Of a stretch of 64,000 nucleotides of DNA, positions 25,159-39,034 are shown piece after piece. The notes below the pieces were generated by a model that saw only the letters and a list, made by a program, of their open reading frames with translations, was not told the DNA's origin and did not search any database. The stretch's first letter is position 1. Every line of letters starts with the position of its first letter. The position numbers and the translations under genes are program-made. Origin of the DNA: Lama guanicoe (lineage: Eukaryota); NCBI GenBank assembly GCA_013239625.1, contig MU053482.1:3433922-3497921 (forward strand), given 5' to 3'.

Positions 25159-25493
25159 TAGGGCCTCATTCAGTCCCAGCTGGGGACCCAGCTCCTGGGA
25201 AAGCAACCACGATCAGGCTTGGAGAGAGCCAGGTTGTGTAAGCAGCTCTTTCTCCTCCAGCCGTGGGACGGTGAGAGGTGGCTTGGCCTCAGGGAGTCTC
25301 AGGGCGGGGAGCAGCCCCGGGACAGGAGAAAAGGGTGTGTGACTTGGAGTCAGACAGGTCCCAGTTCTAATTCCATTTCTGCCCCTTAGGAGTTGTGTGC
25401 CCTTAAGCAACTCATTTAAGCTTTTATTTCCTTGCTTATAAAGTGGTAAATGCCACTTGCCTTATTGACATCACAGCTTTTAAAATACTAAAT

Positions 25494-26085
25494 GATGGTG
25501 CAGCTGCTATAGAAAACAATATGGAGTTTCCTCAAATTCCACTTCTAGGTACCTACCCAAAATAACTGAAAACGGGGACTAAAACAGATACTTGCAGATC
25601 AGTGCTTATAGCAGCCTTATTCACAGTGGACAGAAGGTGGAAGCAACCCAAGTGCCCATAAGCAGATGAATGAATAAACAAAATGCTGTGTATATACAAT
25701 GGAATATTATTCAGCCCTAAAAAGGAATAAAGTACTGATACCTGCTACAACATGGATAAACCTTAAAAATCTTCTGCTAAATCAAAGAAGCCAGACACAA
25801 AAGGACAAACACTGTATGACTCCACTTGTATGAGGCGCCCAGAATAGGGAAACTCACAGACACAGAAAGGAGAATGGTGGTTACCAGAGCCTGGGTGGAA
25901 GGGATCATGGGAAGTTACTGTTTAATGCACAGAGTTTCCCTTTTACAAGATGAAAAGGGTTATGGAGATGGATGGTGGGGATAGTTGCACAACTTTGTGA
26001 ATGTATTTCATATCACTGAACTGTACACTTAAAAATGGTTAAGATGGTTTTGTGTTATGTATATTTCTCCACAATAAAAAAAATC
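25494..26085 (+). mobile_element. L1 (L1MB-like) 3' end inserted into a MIR (MIR halves ~25340-25490 and ~26095-26160)
   Basis: GGAAGCAACCCAAGTGCCC...CAATGGAATATTATTCAGCC...ACTGAACTGTACACTTAAAAATGGTTAAGATGG...CACAATAAAAAAAA. Confidence 0.85.
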
Positions 26086-26428
26086 TTAAACCAGATACTG
26101 AATGAGGCAATGTAGAGAAAGTGCCTTGGGACACACATTATTACTGATGGCTCAGTATTCTGTGCTCACTCAGCCAGCCCTGCTCCTGGGAGCGCGAGGC
26201 CCGTTGATTCTCCCTTACAGAGAGCCTCCCAAAAGGACACCAGGGCTGACTGAGTGAGGGTGCATGGTCCTGGCTCCGGGACCTTCCAGTCTTTCATGTG
26301 AGAACTGACACAGAAGACATCTTTCCATGTGGCCATGTGTGAGGCCACCTTGTAAAGGCCCAGAGAGGGGGATGTGTGTGGTGGCTGCAGAACAACGTGG
26401 TGATCTGGCTGGTGCCTCCTCTCTCTAG

Positions 26429-26617
<189 letters not shown>

Positions 26618-26798
26618 TAGGATGGGGGTCTTGCAGGGCCTCCTGTCCTCTTCCCCTCCCTGAATCCCTGTCCATCCATCCACCATACAGCTCAGGCAGG
26701 ACGCAGGTGCCTTGTGCTGTGGCCCTGGCCACCGGCTTCCAAGTGGGCAGGCTGTGCTGTGTGCAGGCTGTACTGACTGCTGGCAAGAGGAGGGGTAG

Positions 26799-27253
<455 letters not shown>

Positions 27254-27831
27254 GTAAGTGAGGCATCCGCTGTCTGCCTGTGCCCTCTGGGGACGCCAGC
27301 TTGTCCCACAGGGGCTGCTGAGTCTGCTACAGAGTGGTAGGGCCTGTTCCAGGGCCAGCCTAGGCCTCTCTGCCCCAGGGATTTTCCTAGGGAGGGGTAG
27401 TTGGCAAAGATGTCCTTATGACACTTAAGTTCTTGTTCTTTGAAGAACATACATGTGCAAAGGACTGGTGGGAACTACTGCCCATCTTCTTCTCACTGGG
27501 GTTTGGGGATGAATTATCCTTTTGGGTGAGTCCTGGGGGTATGAGTGACCTGGCCGGGGCCTACATTGCTAGTTCGTCCCTGGATATGTCCTCTCCAGTC
27601 TGGCCAGTGTGGGGCCCCTGGGCAGGCTGGGACTTGTGGTTTAGAGGAACTGAGCCGAGTGTAGGGAGTTGGATCAGCCTGAATCCCAACTCCCCCCTCC
27701 CAGCATGGCCTCTGGCTGGAGAAAGCTCTCTTGCCAACCACTGCCGAGTGCTGCAGAGCCTGCTGGGAGCTGGAGAGGAGGGGGAGGATCTGCGTTGGAG
27801 CCCCATCTCTGACTCTACCCTGGGTGCTTAA

Positions 27832-28122
<291 letters not shown>

Positions 28123-30537
28123 TGAGATCCTGTCACTCGTGTGCCCCAGGCGTGGGGTGGCCAGCCCCAGGAAGCTGAATTTCTAGAATAATGAGCTTGT
28201 TCCAGGAGGAGAAGGTCCCCCTCTCCTCAGGGGCAGCTGTGAGGACAGGACTGAGGAGTCGGTTCCTGACCAGGTTGGGGTGGAGGGACCAGGTCCTGCC
28301 CCAGCTGGCTGCAGCCTCAGGCCTTTAGAAACGCCCACGGCAGTCTCCAGCTCTTGCCTCACACCTTGTTTGCAGAAGTGCCCAAGCCCCGCAGGATAGA
28401 TTTATCTGGTTAGTTGTGGGAGAGGGAGTGTGAGGGTGGAGGAGGGACTCCACCAGAAAGGGCGTCAGGGGGTGGGAGCTGGTCCCGCCCTCTGGGTGCC
28501 CAGAATAGAGGCGGCTGCAGAAGCAAGTTGAGTGCCGGGTGGAAACTGTGGGGATGGTTTCTGACAGGGAGGGAGGCAGGGAAGAACCCAGAGGGCTGGA
28601 GGAGGGAGGGGTGACTGGATGGGTGTGTTGGGGGAGGTCGGGACTGCCAGGAAAGCACTTGAACAGGCAGAGGGACATCATCAAATGTATGTTTTAGACA
28701 CACTCCATGCAGGCTGTTTGGAAAAGAAGGCAGCTGGAGGTGAGGGCAATGGGGCAAGGTGAGAGTCAGGGAGCCTGTTCCAGCAATGGAGACCTGAGGG
28801 GGGCTTAGAAGAGCGGTAGCAGCTCCACATTTATTTGCTGCCTGCCCTGGTGATCTCCCTTGACAGTAGGGTCACAATGGCCCTGCTTCACATCATTTTG
28901 TCGGTGTTACTAGTAAGCAGAATAACCATGAGCTTGCCATGTGTCGGACTGTGGATTATCTGACTTACTCTTCACAACAGTCCTAGGAAGCGACCAGCTT
29001 CAATTTACACACACGAGGAAATTAAAACTGAGATCACAGAGCTAAATAGTGGCAGAACTGGAATTCATACCCAAGGGTTTGACTCCCCAGATGTCATTAT
29101 CCCCCTGCGGTACTGCCTCCCATTAAGGAAGGGAGGGGTATACAGACAGTGGGAGGGACCGTGGGTAGTGTCACGGGCTTAGGTATAGAACTGATGGTAC
29201 AAAGCCCAAAGGGGAGAGTCTGGGGGCCTCCCGGTGCCTGGCTCTGTGGGGAGTAGATGGTGTGCCTTTCAGATACCACTGCCAACTGTGGGGGAGGAGC
29301 AGGCTTGGGGCGGAGGAGGAATTGGGGTTTGGACCTATTTTGTGCTTGAGGCCCGTAGGAAGTCCCAGTTTGAGGCCCTGCATGGGTTGGACACAGAGCT
29401 TAGTAGAGGGGCTGACGTTTCCCCTGTGCAGGCCCCGGGAGTTCAGGGGGAGCGTGGAGCTGGCGAGCACAGGGCAGGGCTCGAGGTCCTCCGGCCCTAG
29501 ACCCGACCAGGCCATGCAGGGAGCTGCAGTGGGGACCTTGTCGTTTCCTTCAACACATGACTGATGGGGACGATTCTGCCAAGTCCCCGGTGGTCTTGTG
29601 CTCCTCTGGGTCCCTACTGCCCATTTAGGAACGGGCAGACCCGGCTGGGCCTGGGCCTGGGCTGGTAGCCCCCCAGACTGGGCCAGTCCTTCAGAGGCCC
29701 CTTCCCAAAGCACTACTGTGGCTGAGAATCAGGAGCAAAACCGCCCTGCGTCCTCGCAGGTATGTCCTCTGCCGGGCCTGCCCTCTGGGAGCAGGTGACA
29801 GGAGCCTGTGACTAGGGTGGGGCCCAGCTGAGCTGTAAGTGCTGCGGTGGCAGGATGGGAGTCTCCGGAGCTGCTCTGACCCTGCTCAGAGGGCGGTTCC
29901 TGGGAGCCATGGCGCAGCCTCCCAAGGGGCCCTTTCACACAGTGCCCACCTTGGCCTATCTGAGGCATTCCAGCTGGTTCCTCACGGCTACTCCTGGCCT
30001 CCTCCACCTACAGCTCCAGAGTGCAGACCTTGAGCCCATTTAGGCTCAGAGCTGGATGTGTCATGTGGGCAAGCTCCTTAATCGGCCCTGGTTTGCTCTC
30101 AGCCAAGCCCTGCCTCACAAGGTCACAGGTATTAAAACAGCTGCTGTGTGCTAAGTGCTAAGAGTGTCAAGCAGGGCCTGACATCCAGTAGATGCATGGG
30201 AAAACGCCCATCCCCTCCCCCCTCACGGCTGTTGTCACCGCTGCTGATGGCAGTGGCTGCTGGCCGCCCTGCAGCGCCGGCCTCCTCCTTGGTGCGGTGG
30301 AAGGATGGGTGGTGGGTCCAGCCGTCTCACCACTCGCCTGGCCTGCACACAGGAGCACTCTCCAGATTGACGTCCTGGGTACCTTTGGGAGCCCTGGAGG
30401 GACGGACGGTAGCAGAACAACCACTTCCCGTCCCTGGGAGGAATGTGGCACAGGTGGGCCCTGGGGCCCCCAGCTGAGCTCTTACACCTGAGAGGCTGGG
30501 GCTCCAAGGCCTTTGGCAGCTGTCTGCCTTGGCTTGA

Positions 30538-30780
<243 letters not shown>

Positions 30781-31439
30781 TAGGGCACGTGTCCACAAGG
30801 CCGCATCCACACGAAGGCATGCATGTGGCAACACATGATCACAAGTACAAGGCAGCCACACCCCACGCCTGTGCATACACGTGGTCACACACACTCACCA
30901 ACACCTTACGTGTATGCATGCCCATCCCTGATATGATAGACACAGGACCTGCCAACACACACATACACTTACCACCAAACCAGTGATGTCCACATGTGCA
31001 TCTGTCCATTGAACAAATCATGGCACCTTCTATGTGAAGGCACCATCCTGGGCACTGGACACAAGAGGGAACCAAGCAGATTATATCCACGCCCTCGTGG
31101 AGCTTATATCCAGTGGTCTTACATACACAGGCTCCTCCCAGTGCACACATGCAGATGCGGCTCACATAGCAGGACGCTGAGCCGGTCCCCTCCCTGCAGG
31201 TCTAGCATCCAGCCGCCCCTGCTGAGCTGTGGGGCCTCAGAGCTCGACCTCAGCCAGGGCTAGTTGTGGATGCAGAGGTTTTGAGTGGGACCACGATGGA
31301 AGGAAGATGGCCTAGGGTTGGAGTGGGGCAGTCCAGGACCGAGCTTTTTGAGGTGGGGTTCTAGTTCTAGCTCCACCACTAACCTGCTTGGTGGCTTCTA
31401 ACATCTGACTCCACTTTCAGGGTTTGCTCATTTTCATAA

Positions 31440-31907
<468 letters not shown>

Positions 31908-32993
31908 TGACAGTTCTGCCCGGGGCTCCCCTGGGCTCTTGCCCACCCCGTGGGAGGCTTCAGCCAGTGATGCAGAAAGGCTAGGCCTTTTCCTGGGCTG
32001 TACTGTCTGTAGTCTCTTGATTTCATATTTAATTACGAAATAATGTAATCAAACGCATCACAATTTGGATTTTCAAAAAAACGGAGAAATGAAAAAAAAA
32101 ACCCTTCTTACTATTACTTTAGTAGAAACAGCATTACTAGCTTTTTAGTATTTCGAATTCCCATTTTTTTTCCCAGAGCCTACTTCTATGTTTACTATCA
32201 TAATGAACACAAATCTTTGGTTCCTTGTCCCTTAACTTTGTGTAACAAGCATTTTTCTGTGCTGCAACATGACATCTGTGCTCCTCATTCTAAGGGCTGC
32301 TGGAAGGAGGGCCGCCACCTGGATGGGCTGTGCCTGATTCAGCCGGTCTTAGGTTGTTGCAGAGTCTGTCCAACTTTTCATTTATAAATAATGCTGCTGT
32401 GGACTGCATCAGTCTTCTCCATATTCTGGATCATGCCCATAGGAACCATGTTTGCTTAGACTCCTCTCCTTCCCTGTTCCTGGGGAGATGTACCCAGGTT
32501 TCACGTTTCTGTGTGGGGTGGATGCTACAGCAGAAAACCACTCTAGCCTGGTTGGGTCTGCCCCTTCCCACCTCCAAGGAGCTGCAGTGTTGACAGTTCC
32601 AACCTGAATGTTTATGGTCAAAGTGACAAAACAGAAGTGGGGCACCTGCAGGACTGACCTGTTGGGGCCAGTGCCTGGGAGAAGAGCGCTGAGGACATTG
32701 GTTGGGGTTGGCCTGGGGCCTTGCAGGTGCCCTTCCTGCCCTGGGCTGTCTCTCTGGTCTGGAGCCAAGAGGGAACGCTTCACACAGAGGACAGGAGAGC
32801 AGTCCCAGGGAGGGATGGCACGTGATGCAGAAGGGAGGTGAGTGGGCAGGCGGGGGAGGCGGAGGGTGGGGCTGGGGAACTTGGGTTGACTGGGGGCTTG
32901 CACAGATACTGCTGGACCCCTGGTGAAGGCGTCTCTCCACCCTTCCTCCCCTCGCTGGCTCTTGTGACCCTGAATATGGCGGTTCTTTTGCAG

Positions 32994-33167
32994 AGCCCGG
33001 TGTTGCAGTATCTCTACTACCTCGCTCAGATTCCCATTGCCATGTCTCCTCTGAGCAACAACAGCCTGTTCCTCGAATATTCCAAAAACCCTCTGAGGGA
33101 ATTCTTGCACAAGGGACTACATGTCTCTCTCTCCACTGATGACCCCATGCAGTTCCACTACACGAAG
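32994..33167 (+). CDS. AMPD3: AMPD3 exon 13 ([23 protein letters not shown]...[14 protein letters not shown])
   Basis: CAG acceptor, AAG|GTGAGG donor, 174 nt; SLSTDDP signature. Confidence 0.97.
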
Positions 33168-33741
33168 GTGAGGACTTCAGGGGCCCCAGCAGGCACCAGT
33201 TCAGACCGGTCCTCCCAGGCAGGCACCTGAGCACCCAGCTCAGTTCTGCCTGCGGGGTGGCATTGGTGGCCTAGTGAAGACGACAGGTGAACGCCTGGTG
33301 AGGAAAAGCGTTCCTTCCAGGAGCCCTCTTCTGGGTTTCTTGGATCCTTGAGGGCACAATTTCGTTTCTTTGCCTTTCTGTTTTCCCCTTCCTTGATATT
33401 CACTAGCTCTGTGATTTGGTAGTTACTCGACTCTTGACCTCTTCATGTGTAAAACAGGGATAGAATTGTCTCTACATCCACCTCTACCTTACCGTTAGTA
33501 TTCATTAAGATAATGAATCAAAGAGTGTAATACAGTGTCTGTGTACAGCATGTATTCCACATGTTAGCTCCCATTTTGTTACAACTAATATTACTATTAG
33601 ACTTTGGATCTCTGGGAAGGAGAAGAGGAAGAGACAAGTGATGCCAGGCATGTGAACCAGCCACTAGGGCACTGGCACATCTGGCTAGTACTGATTAGAT
33701 CAGCCACTGATTAGTAAAAATAGAAGTGCCTGGGTCTTCTA

Positions 33742-34205
33742 GGACAGGCTCCAAGCTTCTGATCCCAGGACCCCTTTATATTCTGAAGAACTGAGACCTT
33801 GAGAGCTGTGAATGATGTGCCTGACATCTAATGATACTTAACTGTGTGAAAAAACCTAATGGAAAATTGAAAAATTTTAACTCATTGAAAAATAACATTA
33901 ATAGACTGTTAAATGTTAACACAAATAGCAATTTTTATGAGAAATAACCATATTTCCCAAAACAATAACAAAACACTGAGAATAGAATTACTTTACATTT
34001 TTGCAAATCTCTTTAATGTTTGGTTTAACAGAAGACAGCTGGATTCTCATCTCTGCTTCTGCAGTCAATCTGTTGTGATAAATTTTTTTTTCAAAGCATA
34101 TGAAGAAAATTTTGCCTCAGGAAATACAAAGTTGGAAAAGGAAGGACCTTTCAAAAGGCCTGAGGGACCCTTGGATTCTGGGACCATACTTTCAGAACCA
34201 CCATT
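33742..34205. mobile_element. hAT-Charlie DNA transposon relic (Charlie1-like)
   Basis: CAGGACCCCTTTA...TTTTTGCAAATCTCTTTAATG...GAAGACAGCTGGATTCTCAT...GGACCATACTTTCAGAACCAC, flanked by TTCTAG on both sides. Confidence 0.75.
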
Positions 34206-34763
34206 CTAGGATTCAGAGGCAGTGAGGTGGTGAAGAGGTGATGGAAGGGCTTGTGCTCAATGTCAAACATTTGCCATCACAGCTCAAACCCAAATCCTGG
34301 GCTTACACGATCTCACTGTTGATCCTTGATCATTTCTCATTCTTATTTAATGTTCCACCTCTGCTCTTAGTGCTTTGCTCAGAGTAACTTTTATTTTGGA
34401 CAATCTTAAGAAAGTGTGTTAAATACAGAGCAAGCTATATAGAGCAGGCACTAGAAGTGTGCACGACCAGGGAGACGGGCACAGGAGAGCAGGCTGGTGA
34501 CCCTGGCCACCAGCACTGGGCTTTGAACGTGTGCTGGTCAACAGATAAATGTGTAAGTGTTTTTCGATAAACCTGTCTTTGGTAACTGAGTGCACTCACA
34601 AAAAAGATCACCAGAGTTCGTAATTTGAGGAGGAGGATGTTTGATTATCCCAGTGCCAGTCATTAAAGAAAAACAAAATCTGCAATGTTGCCAGCTTTGG
34701 AAACATGTGATGCATTGAAATGGATAGTCTCCAATCTAATACATTTACTTTGTGGGACTTTAG

Positions 34764-35009
<246 letters not shown>

Positions 35010-35855
35010 TAGGGGAGGATCCTGGGGAAGACTCCTGAATTTTCTTTTTCCGGAACCCTGCTCACATGCCACCTGAGGCCTTCCCCGATCACCCATTCTG
35101 CAGTAGCCACACACTTGCTCTCATTCTCCATCCCTTGAATCTGTTTTTCTTCCTAACGTTTACCACTGCTGACACTGCAGTAGGCAGTCATGTTTTTCTG
35201 TCTTTCCTTCTAGAATGTAAGTTCAGCACTCTATCCCTAGGACCTAGAATAGACCCTGGCACATAGGAGGCACAGTATTTCTTGAATAGATGAATCGTAC
35301 CTAGGGATAGGACCCAGACATTGGTAATTTTTTCTTTAACAGCTCCCTAGGTGATTCTGACTTGGAGGCAGGGCTAAGGACCACTGCTCTAGGTCCCCTC
35401 CCCAGGCGACGTCACGGGCACAGGAGGAGGGCTGTGGTGGTGCTGCTCTTGTTGAATGCTGATGCAGACAAGGGTTAAGGCTCAAGACTCATTCCGTGGG
35501 GACCTGGTTCCTTGGACTGGCTCTCCCCAAACACACCTGTCTGCCCTTGTCAGCTCTCAGGAGGGACTTCCTAGAGTCCTCATGCCTTCCTCTCGCCTTC
35601 TTCATCCCCAGCGGCTCTTGGAGCTCGTCTTTCCTTTCTGACCAAGGAAACAGTCAGACATGAAGGGAATGAATGTGGCTGTCAGGGTGACATCCTTGAG
35701 GCAGGGAAGCTGGGAGGAATTTTGTAGGAGCCCTGCGGGGAAAGATGTTTTAACAGGGGACCAGCCTGGTTTGGTGTGGCTAATGTCAGAGCTGCCGTGT
35801 GGATAGAGAAAGTGAATCTAAGGTATGTTTCATTTGTATTTCTCTTGGTCCACAG

Positions 35856-36032
35856 GAAAAGCAGAAATTTCTGGGACAAAATTATTACAAAGAAGGACCT
35901 GAAGGAAATGATATTCGAAAGACAAATGTTGCTCAGATTCGGATGGCATTCCGATACGAGACCTTGTGCAATGAGCTCAGCTTCCTGTCTGATGCCATGA
36001 AATCGGAAGAGATCACAGCCCTAACCACATAG
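35856..36032 (+). CDS. AMPD3: AMPD3 exon 15 coding part ([25 protein letters not shown]...EITALTT*)
   Basis: CAG acceptor, TAG stop at 36030-36032. Confidence 0.97.
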   Translation, partial: EKQKFLGQNYYKEGPEGNDIRKTNVAQIRMAFRYETLCNELSFLSDAMKSEEITALTT

Positions 36033-37216
36033 GTCGAGCACTGGATGTGCATTTTAACCTGTTGGTTTAATTTCAAGTCTGCTGTGATTAACAGTGGTCA
36101 AGGTACCAAATGAGGACTTTTCCTCCAAGGAGAGGATGCCTCTGAACTTTCAAACTAGTGATTTGGTTGCACTGTTCATTTTAAGGCCTCATATGCCCAC
36201 TTTTCTTAATTTTTTTGAGTAACAGATGGTGACTCCTCCATGGGGATCTGGGAGCTGGACACTCGTCTGTACTCATTCCTAATTTTCCAAATACTTCTCT
36301 TGAAAGTGCTAATGCTCGCATTAGGTCCAGGATCTTACACGGTCCAGTGCCCAGTGACATGAAGTCTGTGTGGTTTTCTGCTGTAGTCCTCTGTAGACCC
36401 TGCAGGCTAGTTGTAATTGTTCATTTCAGCCTCTGACAGGCTGGCTGCCTTAAAATCTATTTCAGAGCTCCTTTTCATAAAAGAGCTACTTTGAATTAGA
36501 AAACTTCCTTTTTGATAATTTGCATTTTTAATGAATTTTAAAAACTTTTATTTAGCCCTCCTCCCTTTCTATTTAGGAAACTAAGTGTTCACATTGAAAC
36601 AATCACTCCTGTTCAGTGTCTTGGTTTCCGCATTTGAAAAGTGAGGGTTTGGACTAGGTGAGTGGTTTTTCCCCTCCCGGACCACTTCAGGGCAGGGGTG
36701 GGCAGGGGGAGGGGGGCTCTGGGGCACTGCTTTTACTGCTTCAAGGCGACTCCACTTTCATCATCTGCTTTAAATGGGGACTTCTACGTATTTACATTTG
36801 AATTAAAGACTTTGGAAAGTGTAGGACTAGATCTCTGTTCCTTTTGGCTTGAATATTCTATGACTGTAGCCAGATTATCACTTTACCTATGAGGAGTTAG
36901 GGCCAGAGAAGTGAAATTTGCTTAAGGTCACACAGTTCTAATAAGCAATAGGACTAGAACTAGGTTTCTCCAATCCTAATCCAGTCCTTCCCACTATTCC
37001 ATCAGGCCTCACAAATTTAGATTTTGTAATCCCTGCAACCTGGGGCATTTTTCCCCAAAGGTGAAATCCCTCCTTTACCTGATACACAGACTTCTTCAGA
37101 AAATACAAGCCATCCCAGGGGCCAGGTAGAAAACATTTTTTTAAGACCACTCTGAATTTAAGCTTTACCAACATCTTCTTCATCTGTTACTAGTGCCTGG
37201 TACATAGTAGGTGCTC

Positions 37217-37668
37217 AATAAATGTATATTAAATAACTTGAATGAATTTCCTCCTCTGGCACCTTTTTAAGGATTGTGCTCCTAGTACTCAGCAAGGACT
37301 TTCCTTGTCTGTGTAGACTGTGGGAAAATGCAGACTCTGGGAAGCCCTTCTAAATCATTACAGAGTTAGAAGAACCCCATTTTTGTCTGTGAAAATGCTT
37401 ACTTGACTTCAGATTGTCTTGTGTTGTTACTTTATAGCGCTTGTCCCCTCTACTGGTCAACTTAGCATTTGGAACAATAAACATAGTCTATTTACTAGGC
37501 AAACATGTTATCTTATAGCTAATTATGAAATTGAATGAAAACTAAGCACTTATCTTAGGCATTCATTATTTTTGAAAAGCTCCCATTTGTATACATTTGC
37601 CCTAACATAGCAAGTATCGTACAGTTTTTCATTGTCATCTTACCTGTATCAAGTAATTATTGAATAAA
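37217..37668 (+). terminator. AMPD3: Candidate AMPD3 polyadenylation signals AATAAA at 37217, 37476 and 37663
   Basis: Hexamers 1.2-1.6 kb after the stop codon; which one is used cannot be determined from sequence. Confidence 0.55.
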
Positions 37669-39034
37669 GTCTGTTAGGACTGTGGCACAATTTAATACTA
37701 TTTTAAGCTGATGCTATTTTAAGGCAAATCTTTAAATTTTTAACTTTAAGATAGGCATCATGAAAAGCTATCAATAATAACTATTAATTTATCTTTTACT
37801 AAGACTCAGACATGGATGACACTCAACTAGGAAAACTCAAATTTTGAACTGAAGCTCACTAGACCCAGAAGGGTAAACCTTTGCTCTTTTTCTCTAACTT
37901 TTGCTGTTACGGTTCATGAGCAAAGCCACACAAGGTCATTTCCTTTACCCTGCAGATAACATCTGTCTGTTCAGACACACCTGTTGGATTTTCTGTCCTG
38001 AAGGCTTTTCAGCCACCTTTTTCTATAGCATTTTGCACTATTACATCATTGTACCTAATTGGCCTATATGGGTGAAGCTCTATTTTCTTTTGTGATCACA
38101 ATTGGAATCAAAGCCAATAGTATACTAGTCCACATTTCTAAAAGAACAATTTTTGAGGCATGTTATCTCCTTGCTTACTCTAAAAGGCTCAAGTGCACGT
38201 TATATATTACTCTAAACTGCACTGCTGAAATGATCAATGTTACAGTTCACTGCCTCATGAAAACAAACCACACACCTCCTAAGCTGATATTCACCAAGGC
38301 CTATCTTGGGCCTTTACTTTCCCTTACCTTGGATAAAGCAGAGTTGAAAGCATATCCCTCTGGTTTTCTCTTTCTTGTGTCCGAGTGCTGTGTTGGTGAA
38401 ATGATATTCATCTTTTTCTGGGCTTGCAGACACAACTGAAGGCGGTATGTTGGTAATAGACCTAAGTATTCTCTACCTAAACAATGACCATTACAAAATA
38501 GAACAAGCATAAAACTGACTGTAATAAAAACACTAGACAGACATAGTTCCTTGGAAAATTTTATACCTTCCAATTCTAAAGAAATAGTTGATTAGAAAGA
38601 TAAGGGATACCAGTGAGATTACAAGCAGCTGTAAGATTATCAAAATATATCTGAGGGGGCTTTTATGTCTTTGATACCAAAATGTGTACTTCTCCATCAG
38701 TTAAACAGCTTCTCCTTATAAATGGCTTTCTACTTCTCAGCACTATGATTCTAACCTATGTCTCTACTTACATTCTTTTATCTTAGAAAATGGTAAATAT
38801 CAAAACCACCATAGGTTGAAGTAACTCATCAATTACTGTCAAATAGGGGTAAAAGACATGAAAACAAATGAAAGTCTGTTACTGTTTGTATCATATTGTC
38901 ATTGTGTTGCCCATTATAAATCTGGGTGATCAGGTGATTTCCCTAATCTCCAAGTAGCTTTCTTATTCCTAGAGAGACCAAGAAAGCTTGACTTAAGAAA
39001 AAAACAGCTAAAAATGCAAATTCTTAAGATTGCA

